A stretch of 64,000 bases of DNA from the NCBI GenBank assembly GCA_964016885.1, contig OZ024757.1, positions 27,652,001 to 27,716,000 on the forward strand. The letters run 5' to 3'. Below the pieces are notes generated by a model that searched no databases, was not told where the DNA came from, and worked only from the letters and a program-made list of their open reading frames with translations. The DNA is from Eledone cirrhosa (lineage: Eukaryota). A program made the translations under genes and the position numbers. Below, piece after piece: positions 13,802-26,143 of the stretch (position 1 is its first letter; every line of letters begins with the position of its first letter).

Positions 13802-14155
13802 GTATTGATTTTTATACATTAAATTTTGCTCTGGTACTTACATAGAGCACTCTTCACTTCTATGACCTTTTCTGTTTTCAACGGAAATTTCAATACTTAT
13901 ATATATATATATCGTAATTTTTACATCCACTTTTCCATGAGGGGCGGACAGGATAGTTTGAAACAACATTTTGCTGCTGAGGACTCTTCTTGATACCAAC
14001 CTTTTTAGTTGCTTTTTAGGACATGCAGAGATACAGTGTTTCCATTCTAAAAGCAGGGATAAGCACATCTATACATACATCCGCACGTATACATGTATGT
14101 ATATATGTATACATAGATGTGTTTATCCCTGCTTTTCGAATATATACATATATAT

Positions 14156-14564
14156 ATATCAATTGACAGGGTGTAACTAAGAGATAGTATGTGTAAAAAA
14201 AGGGCCATTCTTGGGTGTGATGTTACTCAAGTAACATATACACATATATACATACATGTATATATACATAATAATGGAGGAGTAGTCAAAATGAAAAGAC
14301 TTTTGTTCTAACACGTTTCTGTAAGGATGAGCAGAAAAAACATTTAAGGGTGAAAAAAATATAAAATGGTGAAAAACCTTACTCAAATCTCCATTATGCC
14401 TATATAGAGTGTTATTCTGAGCATTGACTTGAGGAATTTGGTATTACAAATTATTAATGCTCATTCTTGTAGGCTAACCCTTTCTTTTACTTTAACCCTT
14501 GAGCATTTACATTACTCTATATATATACTATTATATTTTCACAGTAAAGTCTTTACCTCACATA

Positions 14565-14568
<4 letters not shown>
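14156..14568. repeat. ~410-bp inverted duplicate of 16485-16898
   Basis: Direct reading shows a near-identical reverse complement with only scattered substitutions and small indels. Confidence 0.9.
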
Positions 14569-14609
<41 letters not shown>

Positions 14610-14649
14610 TGATATTAATAAATGGAAACTATCTTTATAAAACCATATT

Positions 14650-14710
14650 TATTTTATTATATATATTTCAAAGGTACCAAAATTTTAGTACGCTCTCATC
14701 AGATAAAATA
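14650..14710 (-). ncRNA. Minimal hammerhead motif, same family as 6575
   Basis: Minus strand: tattttat CTGATGA gagcgtacta-aaattt-tggtaccttt GAAA T-ATAT-A TA ataaaata. Stem II sequence differs from the 6.5-kb copy but still pairs. Confidence 0.75.
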
Positions 14711-14780
14711 CAAAAAATGTTTTATAAATATTGACATATCCAAAAAACAAGAACTTATCGTTTTAAGTTCATTTTGGATA

Positions 14781-14813
<33 letters not shown>

Positions 14814-15485
14814 CATCACCATCTTCCACGTATAGCATGGGTTAGACTGGTTTGTCCCATTTAGTGGCATGTTGGGTTAGGTGACTGTTGTTCGCTCATA
14901 TAGGAATGTTTGGGGCTGGTTTTCTACAACTGGATGTGCTTCCTAACGCCAAGCACATTTACAGTGTGTGCTGGGTGTATTTTGCCGTGTTTCCTACATG
15001 ACCACTTTACAGTGTGGGCTGGATGTTTTGTGGTACCAACATAATATATATATATATGTTTATCCCGGGTTCAATCAGGGGTAACCGCAGTAATTAAGGT
15101 ACTCAATACATAGCAGAGTATAAATATTTAATATAGAAATGGCTTCTACAGGACTAGAACTGACTCATTTGGGAGAAATCATCGATTAAACCACTTATTA
15201 TATATATATATATATAACAAGTGGTTCAATCGATTCATGGTTTACTGAGGAAGGTACCAAAATCAGCTATGCTAAAGCAGAGTGTATATATTAAAAACAA
15301 AGCAAGGTTTCACATTAAGGTCTTCATTAACTATACACATTTATGACCGTGTCACAGATGGGTGGCTCAGGATCTATATAAATGTTATTGACCCGACTCC
15401 AGCCCGATCTACTCATCAGTGTTGTTCATCAGTGTTGTTAATCAATGTGTATATGATGCAAAACTGATTCTTTGTTCCCATTTAT

Positions 15486-15536
<51 letters not shown>

Positions 15537-15774
15537 TATAAAAGAGAGATAAACACAGATATAAACACATATGCGTTCAAATCGTAAGGGACCAGATTCG
15601 CTAGGGTGAAAAAAATACTCACTATTAACAATAGGATTTGCCAGACTCAATTTAAAACTATGTGTGTTTATCTCTCTTTATATTCGATTATATTACATGG
15701 CTCAGAAAAACCTCTTTCTTTGAGTTATTTAATTGTAAGAGACTACTTTGAGTTTCTAACTCAATATATACCTT

Positions 15775-15810
<36 letters not shown>

Positions 15811-15897
15811 CGAGGATTCAGTGTTACAACATATCATATTTATTAACATATTACATATGTTTCTCTATCGATCAGCTCGAGGCAAGATATATATATA

Positions 15898-15934
<37 letters not shown>

Positions 15935-16029
15935 GTAGAACACTGGAAGGTAATATCCGTAGTGGTAGAGCACTCAGTCCATGGGACGAGTTAGGTAGAA
16001 GTGGTTACACAACAGTTAGTTCACCATAC

Positions 16030-16067
16030 CGAGAACAATTGTTTCACCTTAGCGGATCCTCAGCTCG
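16030..16067 (-). ncRNA. Minimal hammerhead motif; mutated inverted twin at 16122-16159 (+)
   Basis: Minus strand: cgag CTGAGGA tcc-gctaa-ggt GAAA C-AATT-G TT ctcg. Lies in the fold-back element 15932-16193. Confidence 0.7.
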
Positions 16068-16188
16068 TAATGGACATGGTTATACATTGGTCCTTCCTGT
16101 TCCGTATAACCATGTCCATTACGAGCTGAGGATCCGCTAAGGTGAAACAATTATTCTTGGTATGATGAACTAACTGTTATGTAACCAC

Positions 16189-16228
<40 letters not shown>

Positions 16229-16344
16229 CGAAATGTTTCCTGATATTTCAAGTGATAAACAAATATATTTCTTCAATGTAATGTACTGTGTCATTTGCTT
16301 TGTTATTTCTGTTAACCTTTTACACACACACACACAGGTAAAAG

Positions 16345-16560
16345 TTAACCCTTTAGCATTTAAACCAGTCATATCCGGCCAGAATCCTCCCACCCCTCTC
16401 TGTTCAAACCAGCCATAACTGGCCACGCATACTGATGTTAAGATATTGTTCTCAAAATAAATAACATAAAAATCTTGTAGATTCGATACTATGTGAGGTA
16501 AAGACTTTACTGTGAAAATATAATAGTATATATAGAGTAATGTAAATGCTCAAGGGTTAA
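16345..16560. mobile_element. piggyBac-type MITE family 1
   Basis: TTAA TSD and CCCTTTAGCATTTA TIR. Confidence 0.85.
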
Positions 16561-17355
16561 GGTAAAAGAAAGGGTTAGCCTACAAGAATGAGCCTTAATA
16601 ATTTGTAATAACAAATTCCTCAAGTCAATGCTCAGAATAACACATCTATATAGGCATAATGGAGATTTGAGCAAGGTTTTTCACCATTTTATATTTTTTC
16701 AGCCTTAAATGTTTTTTCTGCTCATCCTTACAGAAACGTGTTAGAACAAAAGTCTTTTCATTTTGACTACTCCTCCATTATTATGTATATATACATGTAT
16801 GTATATATGTGTATATGTTACTTGAGTAACATCACACACCCAAGAATGGCCCTTTTTTTACACATACTATCTCTTAGTTACACCCTGTCAATTGATATGT
16901 CACCCTAAAGGGCTGTCTTCTGTTGGCTCCCTGTCCCTATTCCTTTGTATGCATGTGTGTGTGTATATATATATATACATACACACACACACATGCAGTA
17001 ATTCGTTTTTTCCTCCTCCACTTCCTCCTATCTTGTTCCTGTTCTCCCTTCTCCCTCTTCTCCCCACATCATTCCTTTTCTATATGTCAACACCTCACTC
17101 TACCGTGGAATCTTCCACCACCACCCCTCAAATACCCTACAAACGAACCATTCATGTCACCGCTCTACCAACCATCAGCACCACCACCACCACCACCCTC
17201 ACACACCCTCGTCTGCGGTCACTCTCCTTCACACACACACACACACAAATACTGTTCATTCATTAGAAGACAGGAAGATATATAACATTTCGGTAAGAAC
17301 TTTTTTTGTCTGAAAATCGTCACATGCGTTGTCAACTCTGTCTCTCTCTGGTGTG

Positions 17356-17488
<133 letters not shown>

Positions 17489-17735
17489 ATGATATTGAAT
17501 AAATGGAAACTATATTTATAAACCCATATTTATTCTATTATATATATTTCAAGGGTACCAAAACTTTTGTTTATATATATATATATTTACTGCATTAGTT
17601 CAGACCTAGCTGTCGAAACGGCCGGAGCTCAGCCGTCGGGGTCCTGACTCTTTTCCTATTACCCACTCTACTACCCTAAGTATCCAGTACACTGGTGCGT
17701 TATGGTCCACCTGCTTCCCTACCACACTTCCTTCG

Positions 17736-17776
<41 letters not shown>

Positions 17777-17881
17777 GATAAATCTACCAAGAGTTTACGG
17801 TAGTGTCCAATCCGTATGAAATGTCCTAGAAACGATCGTTAAATAATGAACTGTTTCATTGTTTTATTCATTATTTTTTAA

Positions 17882-18019
<138 letters not shown>

Positions 18020-18127
18020 TTGTAAATTGAACTTCAGCTGCAGTACAGCATGTACAATTCGATTTGTTTTGAGGTAATCACAAAACAAAAAAAACTATAT
18101 ATACGGCCAGGTTATGTAGAATCCCGC

Positions 18128-18162
<35 letters not shown>

Positions 18163-18858
18163 CAAAAGGGATATTTAATTTGTTGGTAATTCAACAAATA
18201 TATATTTATAACTGATTCGAGGTTTTGGTTTTATAAATATAGTTTCCATTTCATAATTGGATGGATGGATGGATGGATGGATGGATGGATGGATGGATGG
18301 ATGGGTGGGTGCGTGCGTGCGTGCGTGCGTGCGGAGAGTCATATCAAAAACCTTGCAAAACATATATATATATATAAATATATTGAATGTATGCCGCTCC
18401 AAAGTATTTTTTTTTGTTTTTTTGTTTTTTCTTTTGTACTATCAAATACAGTCGAATATGTTGGGCATATAGGTTCATAGAACCGGAAAAAAAAGTGGAC
18501 ACTAATCAGTTGTGGGACTCGAACTCACACATGCCGAATGCCAGACAGCAACATATATATATATGTATATATATAAAGGTTCGTTCTGTCATTACCATAA
18601 CAGAAGTCCGGCAAGCTTTTGATTCCAGAGTCGGGCCAGATCGATACAGATCGAACCTTGAGCTGATCAATAGCGAAACGCGTGTCACTACTCAGGAAAC
18701 GTAATGAAGACATAACAAATCGTCCTTTATATTTTTTTTTATTCTTAGTATATATACATTTATATGTGTGTGTGTGTGTGTGTCGATTTTACGTTAGTGG
18801 TTGACAATGTAAACAATGAAATCGATATTCTCTCTCTTTACACACACAAACACGTATA

Positions 18859-18963
18859 TACAGGGTGTCCCCCAAAAATGCATGCATAATTTGATTACCC
18901 ATTACAGGCAATATTTATTAGAATGCTGTTGATGTGTGTATACATTTTTGAGGACATCTTGTA
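18859..18963. mobile_element. Small Tc1/mariner MITE (related copies ~24113-24192, 39927-40005, 52328-52421, 62788-62866)
   Basis: TA-CAGGGTGTCCCCCAAAAATG ... CATTTTTGAGGACATCTTG-TA. Confidence 0.65.
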
Positions 18964-19738
18964 TTATAGATATACATATACATAAGTTGCCCCCTTTTTT
19001 TTTGTTTTGGTTAATATTTTTAACCATTACACAGTTGTGAATGTTTCCATTAAAATCTAATGGCCCTCCTGTCGCCCCCACCCTCCCCTCCCCTCAGTTC
19101 CACTGCCCCTGATACATGGGCCTGGTATGGGAGCAGACTCATGACTGGGTTTGCAACTATCAAGACAGACCTGTCAAGACCTGGTTCATATCTGTTAAGG
19201 GAGAACTGGCAGACATTGTTATGGCCTTGGAGCAGGTCCATAACTAAAGCTTGCAACCATGCGGAATGGAGACCTCTTGCTAGGGCCTCCAAGAGAAATT
19301 TTGCAAGGTGGTAGAAAAGCCTTTTGGGGCCCAAAGCAGACAAAGATTGTTCTCAAAATGGATGTTACATGGTTGCTGTAGGGCCTTCTTAGCTCTTGGG
19401 CCCCAGAACAAAGTATCAGCTGGAAACCCTTCTCATAGGCCCTGCCTCTTGCCATTCCACCTGCCTCTTGCCATTCCAATGCTCCATAGGAAACAAAAGG
19501 AACTAATGAAGAAATAGAAGTTTATCTGGCCCAGAATAGCTACAATGTATCTCTGCATCTGTCTCTGCATTTTCTTGGTAGGCACCAGGAAAAGCAATTA
19601 ACTGTAACACATTGCTTCAGATAGGACCCCCCTTGATGGGTATGAAGCCTATTGTAGGGCCTGCGAGACTAGGTCCTTGGTTTTGTCATGAAAATGCCCT
19701 TACAACACTTATTGTTTGTATTGATTTTGTAACATATT

Positions 19739-19954
19739 TTAACCCTTTAGCATTTAAGCCAGCCATATCCGACCAGAATTCTCTCACCTCTTTCTGTTCA
19801 AACTAGCCATAATTGGCCATTCATACTGATGTTAAGGTATTGTTCTCAAAATAAATAATATCAAAATCTCATAGATTCGATACTATGTGAAATAAAGCCT
19901 CTACCACAAAAATACAATAGTATATATAGAGTAATGTAAATGTTAAAGGGTTAA
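19739..19954. mobile_element. piggyBac-type MITE family 1
   Basis: TTAA TSD and TIRs. Confidence 0.85.
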
Positions 19955-20694
19955 AATCGTAAAGAGAAAGTAAATTATAAGCAAAATAAAAGGGGGAAGG
20001 GTTATTGAAATGTTAAGAGGTAAAGCAATTTATTGGTGACCCTGTATATTTGCATGATTTGAGGGGAAGTGAAATTGAACCTTGCCTGCCAGATCTATAA
20101 ATCAGCAGTGCCCTTCTTTTGTGTAGGATGCTGTTAGACTTTTGCAGAGGGGTGGTGGTGGTGGTGGTGGGGAGCGTTAATAACTGTTCTGAGCGGAAGT
20201 ATTTTCTAGAACTACCCCCTACCCACCCCTTTACAACCACCTCTCCAAGAGGAAACCAATCCTCCTCCTCCTCTTCTCCGCCCCCTCCTCTCAACCCCTC
20301 ATGTGATACTGTGTTGGCTATGTGAAGAATGGAATGCGATGGGCTTGTCCCCCCATGAGAGGTTGCTGTCTGTCTCATGGTTGAGGGAGAGGTTGTTAGT
20401 TTGTTGGCTGTAGAATGTGTAAAGTGTATAACAGTAGCTGTGTGTGTATATATGTGTATGTATGTATGTATATATGAGTGTGTTTTCTTGGGTGGTGGAT
20501 CTCATGCCAGGGCCTTATGTCTGTTATAGTTTATCATAACTCTAATTGAAAGTGATGAGGGTGATATTGGAGTTGAGGGTGTTTGTGGTGGTGGTGATGG
20601 TTGGATTGGTGATAGTGGTGGTGGTGGTGATTATGATGGTGATGATGATGGTGTGGGTGGTGGTGAAAGTAGTATTGGTAATGATGATAGTGGA

Positions 20695-20910
20695 GGGCGG
20701 TGGATTAGCAGTTTTGGTAGAGCGTCAGACACTATGCTTTACATCATAGAGTTACGGCCCTTTGCGTTCTGAGTTCAAATCCTGCCATGGTTAGCCTTGC
20801 CTTTCATCCTTACGGGGTCGATAAAATAAAGTACCAGTAATGCACTGGGGTCAATTTAATCAACTTTCCCCTCCCCCAAATTGCTGGCCTTGTGCCTATA
20901 GTAGAAATAA
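20695..20910 (+). mobile_element. SINE family A (also ~9715-9862, 25641-25831, 27340-27480, 27745-27990, 48588-48890, 49298-49530)
   Basis: A-box-like GGATTAGCAG...GGTAG, B-box GTTCAAATCC, conserved central block, ATT-type tail. Confidence 0.8.
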
Positions 20911-21821
20911 TTATGATGATGATAGTGGAGGTGGTAAGAGTGGTGTTGGTGATGGTGGTAATGATGATAATAGTGTTAATGGTTGTGGTAGTAGTGGTGA
21001 TGGGAAAATGTGGAGTGGAACAGTGGATGCTACTGATAGGGATCAGTCAATAAGGTGGAGGATTGTTAAATGTGGTGAGAGAATCCCAGGCAGGCATCAA
21101 GAAATGATCAGTACAGCTGAGAGGTCCTCTGGTCATCCCCTACTACTAAAGGACACTGTAAAGAGCAAGAGCCAATAGAGGAAAGGGCCAGCCAAAATAA
21201 TAATGGGGCAGGTAGGTCAGTTGCCTAAAGCCTATGGTTTTGAGGAAGGGCCTACTCCCCTCAAGTTCTAGTCCTTTTATTATGTTCTGTTAATTGTAAG
21301 CACATCATATAAAGACTATATGAGCAAGACACAGTCACCTGACCCAACTAGCCTCTAAATGGGACAAACCCATCTAACCCATGCTAGTGTGGAAGATAGA
21401 CGTTAAACGATGATGATACATAAATTATATGAATTTAGTACTCATAATTGAAATACTTAATGAGCAGTTTGAAATGGGGCTTATATTTTATGCCTGGCCT
21501 GGGCTTATTCCCATCTTTGGGAGCCTACATTTTACATTAGGCCTTAACTAATTATCATCTTTGAGAACTTACATTATATATATGGCTTTGACTTATTACC
21601 AGCTTTGGTGGGGCCTAAATTTGACATCTGGCCTGGTCTTATTATAAGCTTTGTAGGGGCCAAGGTAGGATTAGAAGGTAATTAGACCCCTTCAGAGGGT
21701 AATGCTGTGGGATTTGAGAGGATAAAATTAATAAAAAATTTTTATTGGAAATTTATTAACCATTTTGATATCAACTCACCCCAAACCACCTCTGCTGCTA
21801 TGAAACAAAACTACCTATATG

Positions 21822-22265
21822 TTAACCCTTTAGCATTTAAACCAGTCGTATCCAGCCAGAATTCTCTCTCTTCTCTCTGTTCAAACCAGCCATAGATTCG
21901 ATACTATGTGAGGTAAAGCCTTTACCATGAAAATATAGTAGTAAATATAAAGTAATGTAAATGCTAAATGGTCAAAGAGTTCCCCATTTAAATTAAAATC
22001 TTCCAACATAATTTGATATAAGATGCTTTTCTTATGTTAATAATACATCTTAACCCTTTAGCATTTACATTACTCTTTATACACTATTGTAGTTTCACAG
22101 TAAAGGCTTTATCTAACATAATATTGAATCTGAGATTTTGATATTATTTATTTTGAGAGCAATACCTTAATGTCAGTATGAATGGCCGTTATGCTGGTTT
22201 GAACAGAAGGAGGTGAGAGAATTCTGGCTGGCCGGATATGGCTGGTTTAAATGCTAAAGGGTTAA
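21822..22265. mobile_element. Two family-1 MITEs (21822-21975 internally deleted; 22050-22265) inside an older TTAA-type MITE (family 2)
   Basis: TIRs/TSDs present. Flanking pieces (tttaaattaaaatcttccaacataattt) recur at 29245, 34030-34150 and 32255. Confidence 0.7.
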
Positions 22266-23309
22266 TAATTAAATATTTAATAATTTTAAAAAATCCATCC
22301 AATTACTTCATTAATTAATTGGAATATAATCATGGAAGGGTTATGTCTGTCCATCTAATAATGTTTGGAAAGGCATGAGAAATTGAGGGCTTCATGGCTT
22401 TCCCCCTAGAGAGCCTTAGTAGCAACTAGAATAGTGTCATAATGGTATCACCCTGTCATATTTAGTATGTCTGTTGTCATGGTGACTGACTGGCCAACTG
22501 TGAAGTAACATTCTTCATTGGGCCTCAAGTACTTCTTGGTATTAAAGATTGAGTCATGATATGACAACCTTTGGAAAGTGCATGTGTATGTGCGTGGTAG
22601 TCTGTTTGTATGTGTGTGTGGTAGTGTGTTTGTATGTGTGGTAATGTGTATATGTATGTGGTAATGTGTATATGAGCAATTATATTTGTTCGTGTGTATG
22701 TTTGTGTCTCTGTGTGCAGTAATAAGTGTGGTGGTGTGTATGTGAGCAATTATATTTGTTGTAGTGTGTGTGTTTATGTGTGCAGGAGTAAGTGTGGTGG
22801 TGTGTATGCCTGTATCAGTATGTGTGAGCATTGTGGTAGTGTTTATGCATGAGTGGGGGCAGGGGGGGGGGGTGCTCCTTATCTCCTTATACTTGTTAAA
22901 TGTTTGTATTTTAATGAACAGTTATGTGTGAGTGTATATATATATATATTGTGTGTGCTACATGAATAGTGACGTATATGTGTGTATATATATCTATATA
23001 TATATATATATATATACATATACATATGTAGAGAGAGAAACCTGTTGTGTAATAATTTAATCTTGTGTGTGTGTGCATATGTGTGTGTGTGTTGAATCCT
23101 TTAAAAAGTTCAGATAAGGTCATTCCTGATAAATGCTACAGATGTGTGTGTGTGTTTGATGTGGTTATTGTTGTGTTGTAGGTGATGCTGGTGGTGTGCA
23201 TGTATGTATGTATGTGCTGTTATTGATGATGTGTGTATATGTAGTGTGGAGTGTATGTGTGTTGTAGGTGGTTATGTGAATATGTAGTGTGTGTATGGTG
23301 TGTTGTAGT

Positions 23310-23780
23310 GATAGTGGTGTGTATGTGCAAGTGTGGTGGTGGTGGTGTGTATGTGCAGTGTGGTGATGGTGGTGGTGTATATGTGCAGTGTGGTGGTGTG
23401 TATGTGCAGTGTGGTGATGGTGGTGGTGTATATGTGCGGTGTGGTGGTGGTGTGTATGTGCAGTGTGGTGGTGGTGTATATGTGCAGTGGTGGTGGTGGT
23501 GGTGTATATGTGCAATGTGGTGGTGGTGTGTATGTGCAGTGTGGTGGTGGTGGTGGTGTATATGTGCAGTGGTGGTGGTGGTGTATATGTGCAGTGTGGT
23601 GGTGGTGTGTATGTGCAGTGTGGTGGTGGTGTATATGTGCAGTGGTGGTGGTGGTGTATATGTGCAGTGTGTGGTATTAGTGATGATAGTGGTGTGTATA
23701 TACAGTGTGGTGGTAGTGTGTATGTATGGTGTGTATGTACAGTATGTAGTAGAAGTGATGATGGTGTGTATATGTAGTGG
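23310..23780. repeat. ~20-bp minisatellite
   Basis: Unit gtggtggtggtgtatatgtgca. Confidence 0.85.
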
Positions 23781-24070
23781 TGGTTGTGTGTGTGTGTGTC
23801 TATGTGTGTCTATGTGTGTGTTACCATATCTCATTGGGTCTCTCCGCCTGATTGAAGCATTACTGTGCTGTTGATAATTTTCAGGAAGGGGAGAAATAAT
23901 GAGATGATTACACAAGTGTTTGCATAGATTAAACTGTATATATACACACACACATACATATATATATATATATGTGTGTGTGTGAATACATATGTAAATA
24001 TATATATACATATTCATATGTATATATATACATATACACATTTTAATAACTATATACATCCATAAAAAAG

Positions 24071-24117
<47 letters not shown>

Positions 24118-24187
24118 TGTATCCCCAAAAATGTATATACACTTCTACTAGAATGCTGTTGAAGTGTGTATACATTTTAGGGACACC

Positions 24188-24224
<37 letters not shown>

Positions 24225-25093
24225 AAGTGTAGGTGGTTCAGTGAATTACTGGTACTGGTACCAAAGCAAGCACTCTATGCACAGACAGAGTGTATATACT
24301 AGAAAACATACATATATACACAGGACCGGCATTTTGTGGATAGAATGGCCCAAATGGGTGTTACATATATATATTGCTGTGGTATGATGGTAGACCTACT
24401 GTTGAAATCATTTTAAAAAAAGGGCCATGTGTGTTCTCATAGCACCAACCCTAGAGATGTGAGGAGGAAAGCTCATGTTAATTTGATGTGGAGGGGAGAG
24501 AAGATTAGATAAGTAGGGGTGAGGTCATGTGAAGGCACGTGGCACAAGGATTGGGGTGTTGTACTTAAAAAAATCATAAACGTTATGAGGTTCAATTCCT
24601 AGACCTGGCAGTGTTTGTTCTTGAGCAAGACACTTCATTTCACATTGCTTTCTGTGATAGTCATCTCGGTGGCCTAGTGGTAGGTGTTAGAGACAATGGA
24701 GATCCTGGTCTGGGTTTCAATCTCGGTCAGGATCTATAGTATGTATGTCTTACATTCGTCTAACCCATGCCAGCGTTGAAAAATAGACGTTAAACAGTGA
24801 CGATGTTGATGGGACTGGGAGCCCCACCCTCGCTATCATTAAAACCATAAGCATATTGCTATCATTTTTTGTGGGTGCAGACGTTTATAATTTTCCTACA
24901 AAAATGTTTATACACATCAATCATTATTATATTGTACTATTTTATTATGTTTTGTGTAATCAAAATAAAACGAACAAAATATACAATGTGTTTTGAAAAT
25001 TTAAGAATTTTCCGACAAAGCCAAATTTTCTGACAATGTTATTTTTAGGGGGTGCAGTTGTATGCCTACTCACCCTCAGTAATACACCACTGA

Positions 25094-26143
25094 TTAACCC
25101 TTTAGCATTTAAACCGGCCATATCCAACCAGAATTCTCTCACCTCTTTCAGTGCAAAGCGGCTGTAACCGGCCGCTCATATCGATGTTAACCCTTTAGTA
25201 TTTACATTACTCTATATATACTAGTCGTAGTAAAACCTACTAGTCAGTAGGCATCTCTAACAAAATACACCCCCGTCCCACCCCATCCACACCGCCCCCT
25301 TCAATGCAAAGTTATGTTGGTGCCACAACATCCAGGCCGAAACAAACGAGATCGTGTAGGCGTCACGACAAAAAACACACAGTCCACGCTGTAATGTGGC
25401 CGTGTAGGCAACACGGTAAAAACCTCCCAGTCCCACACTGTAAATGTGGTTGGTGTTAGGAAGGGCATCCAGCTGTAGAAAACACGCCAGACAGTCCTAT
25501 GCGAGCAAGACAACCACTCTTGCCTCAAGTGGGAAAACCCCCGTCCAAACCCATGCAAGCGTGGAACAGGGACGTTAAACGATGATGATGATGATGATGA
25601 TGATACTATTATATTTTCATAGTATTATATTTTCATTCGAAGGGCGGTGGATTGGCAGTATCAGTAGAGGGTCGGACGCCATGCTTTCCAGCATAGTTAC
25701 GTCCCTTTACGATCTGAGTTCAAATCCCGCCGAGGTTGACTTTGCCTTTCATCCTTACGGGGCTCGATAAAATAAAGTACCAGTAATGCACTGGGTAATT
25801 GCTGGCCTTGTGCTTAAAGTAGAAACAATTATATTTTCATACTATTATATTTTCATATCTCACATAATATCGAACCTATGAGATTTTAATATTATTTATG
25901 TTGAGAATAATACCTTAACATCAGTATGAATGGCCGGTTACAGCTGGTTTAAACAGAAACGGGTCAGAAAATTCTGGCCAGGTACAGCCGGTTTATATGC
26001 TAAAGGGTTAAGGTATTGTTCTCAGAATAAATAACAGAAAAATCTCATAGATTCGATATTATGTGAGATAATTATGTAAGATAAAGCCTTCACTACAAAA
26101 ATACAATAGTATATATAGAGTAATGTAAATGCTAAAGAGTTAA
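25094..26143. mobile_element. Nested MITE-in-MITE (inner copy 25187-26011) carrying two SINEs
   Basis: The outer copy is split at its internal GATG-TTAA-GGTA with TTAA duplicated. The inner copy is in the opposite orientation. Confidence 0.8.

Noticed and set aside
16104-16193. G/A differences between palindrome arms as a trace of A-to-I editing
   Set aside because: Only four differences. Comparison with the 40.6-kb copy indicates G is ancestral (G-to-A), the wrong direction for editing.
23165-24128. His-rich and Cys/Gly-rich repeat ORFs (HCTYTPPP; VYVQCGGG)
   Set aside because: A variable-length ~20-bp minisatellite that does not preserve the reading frame.
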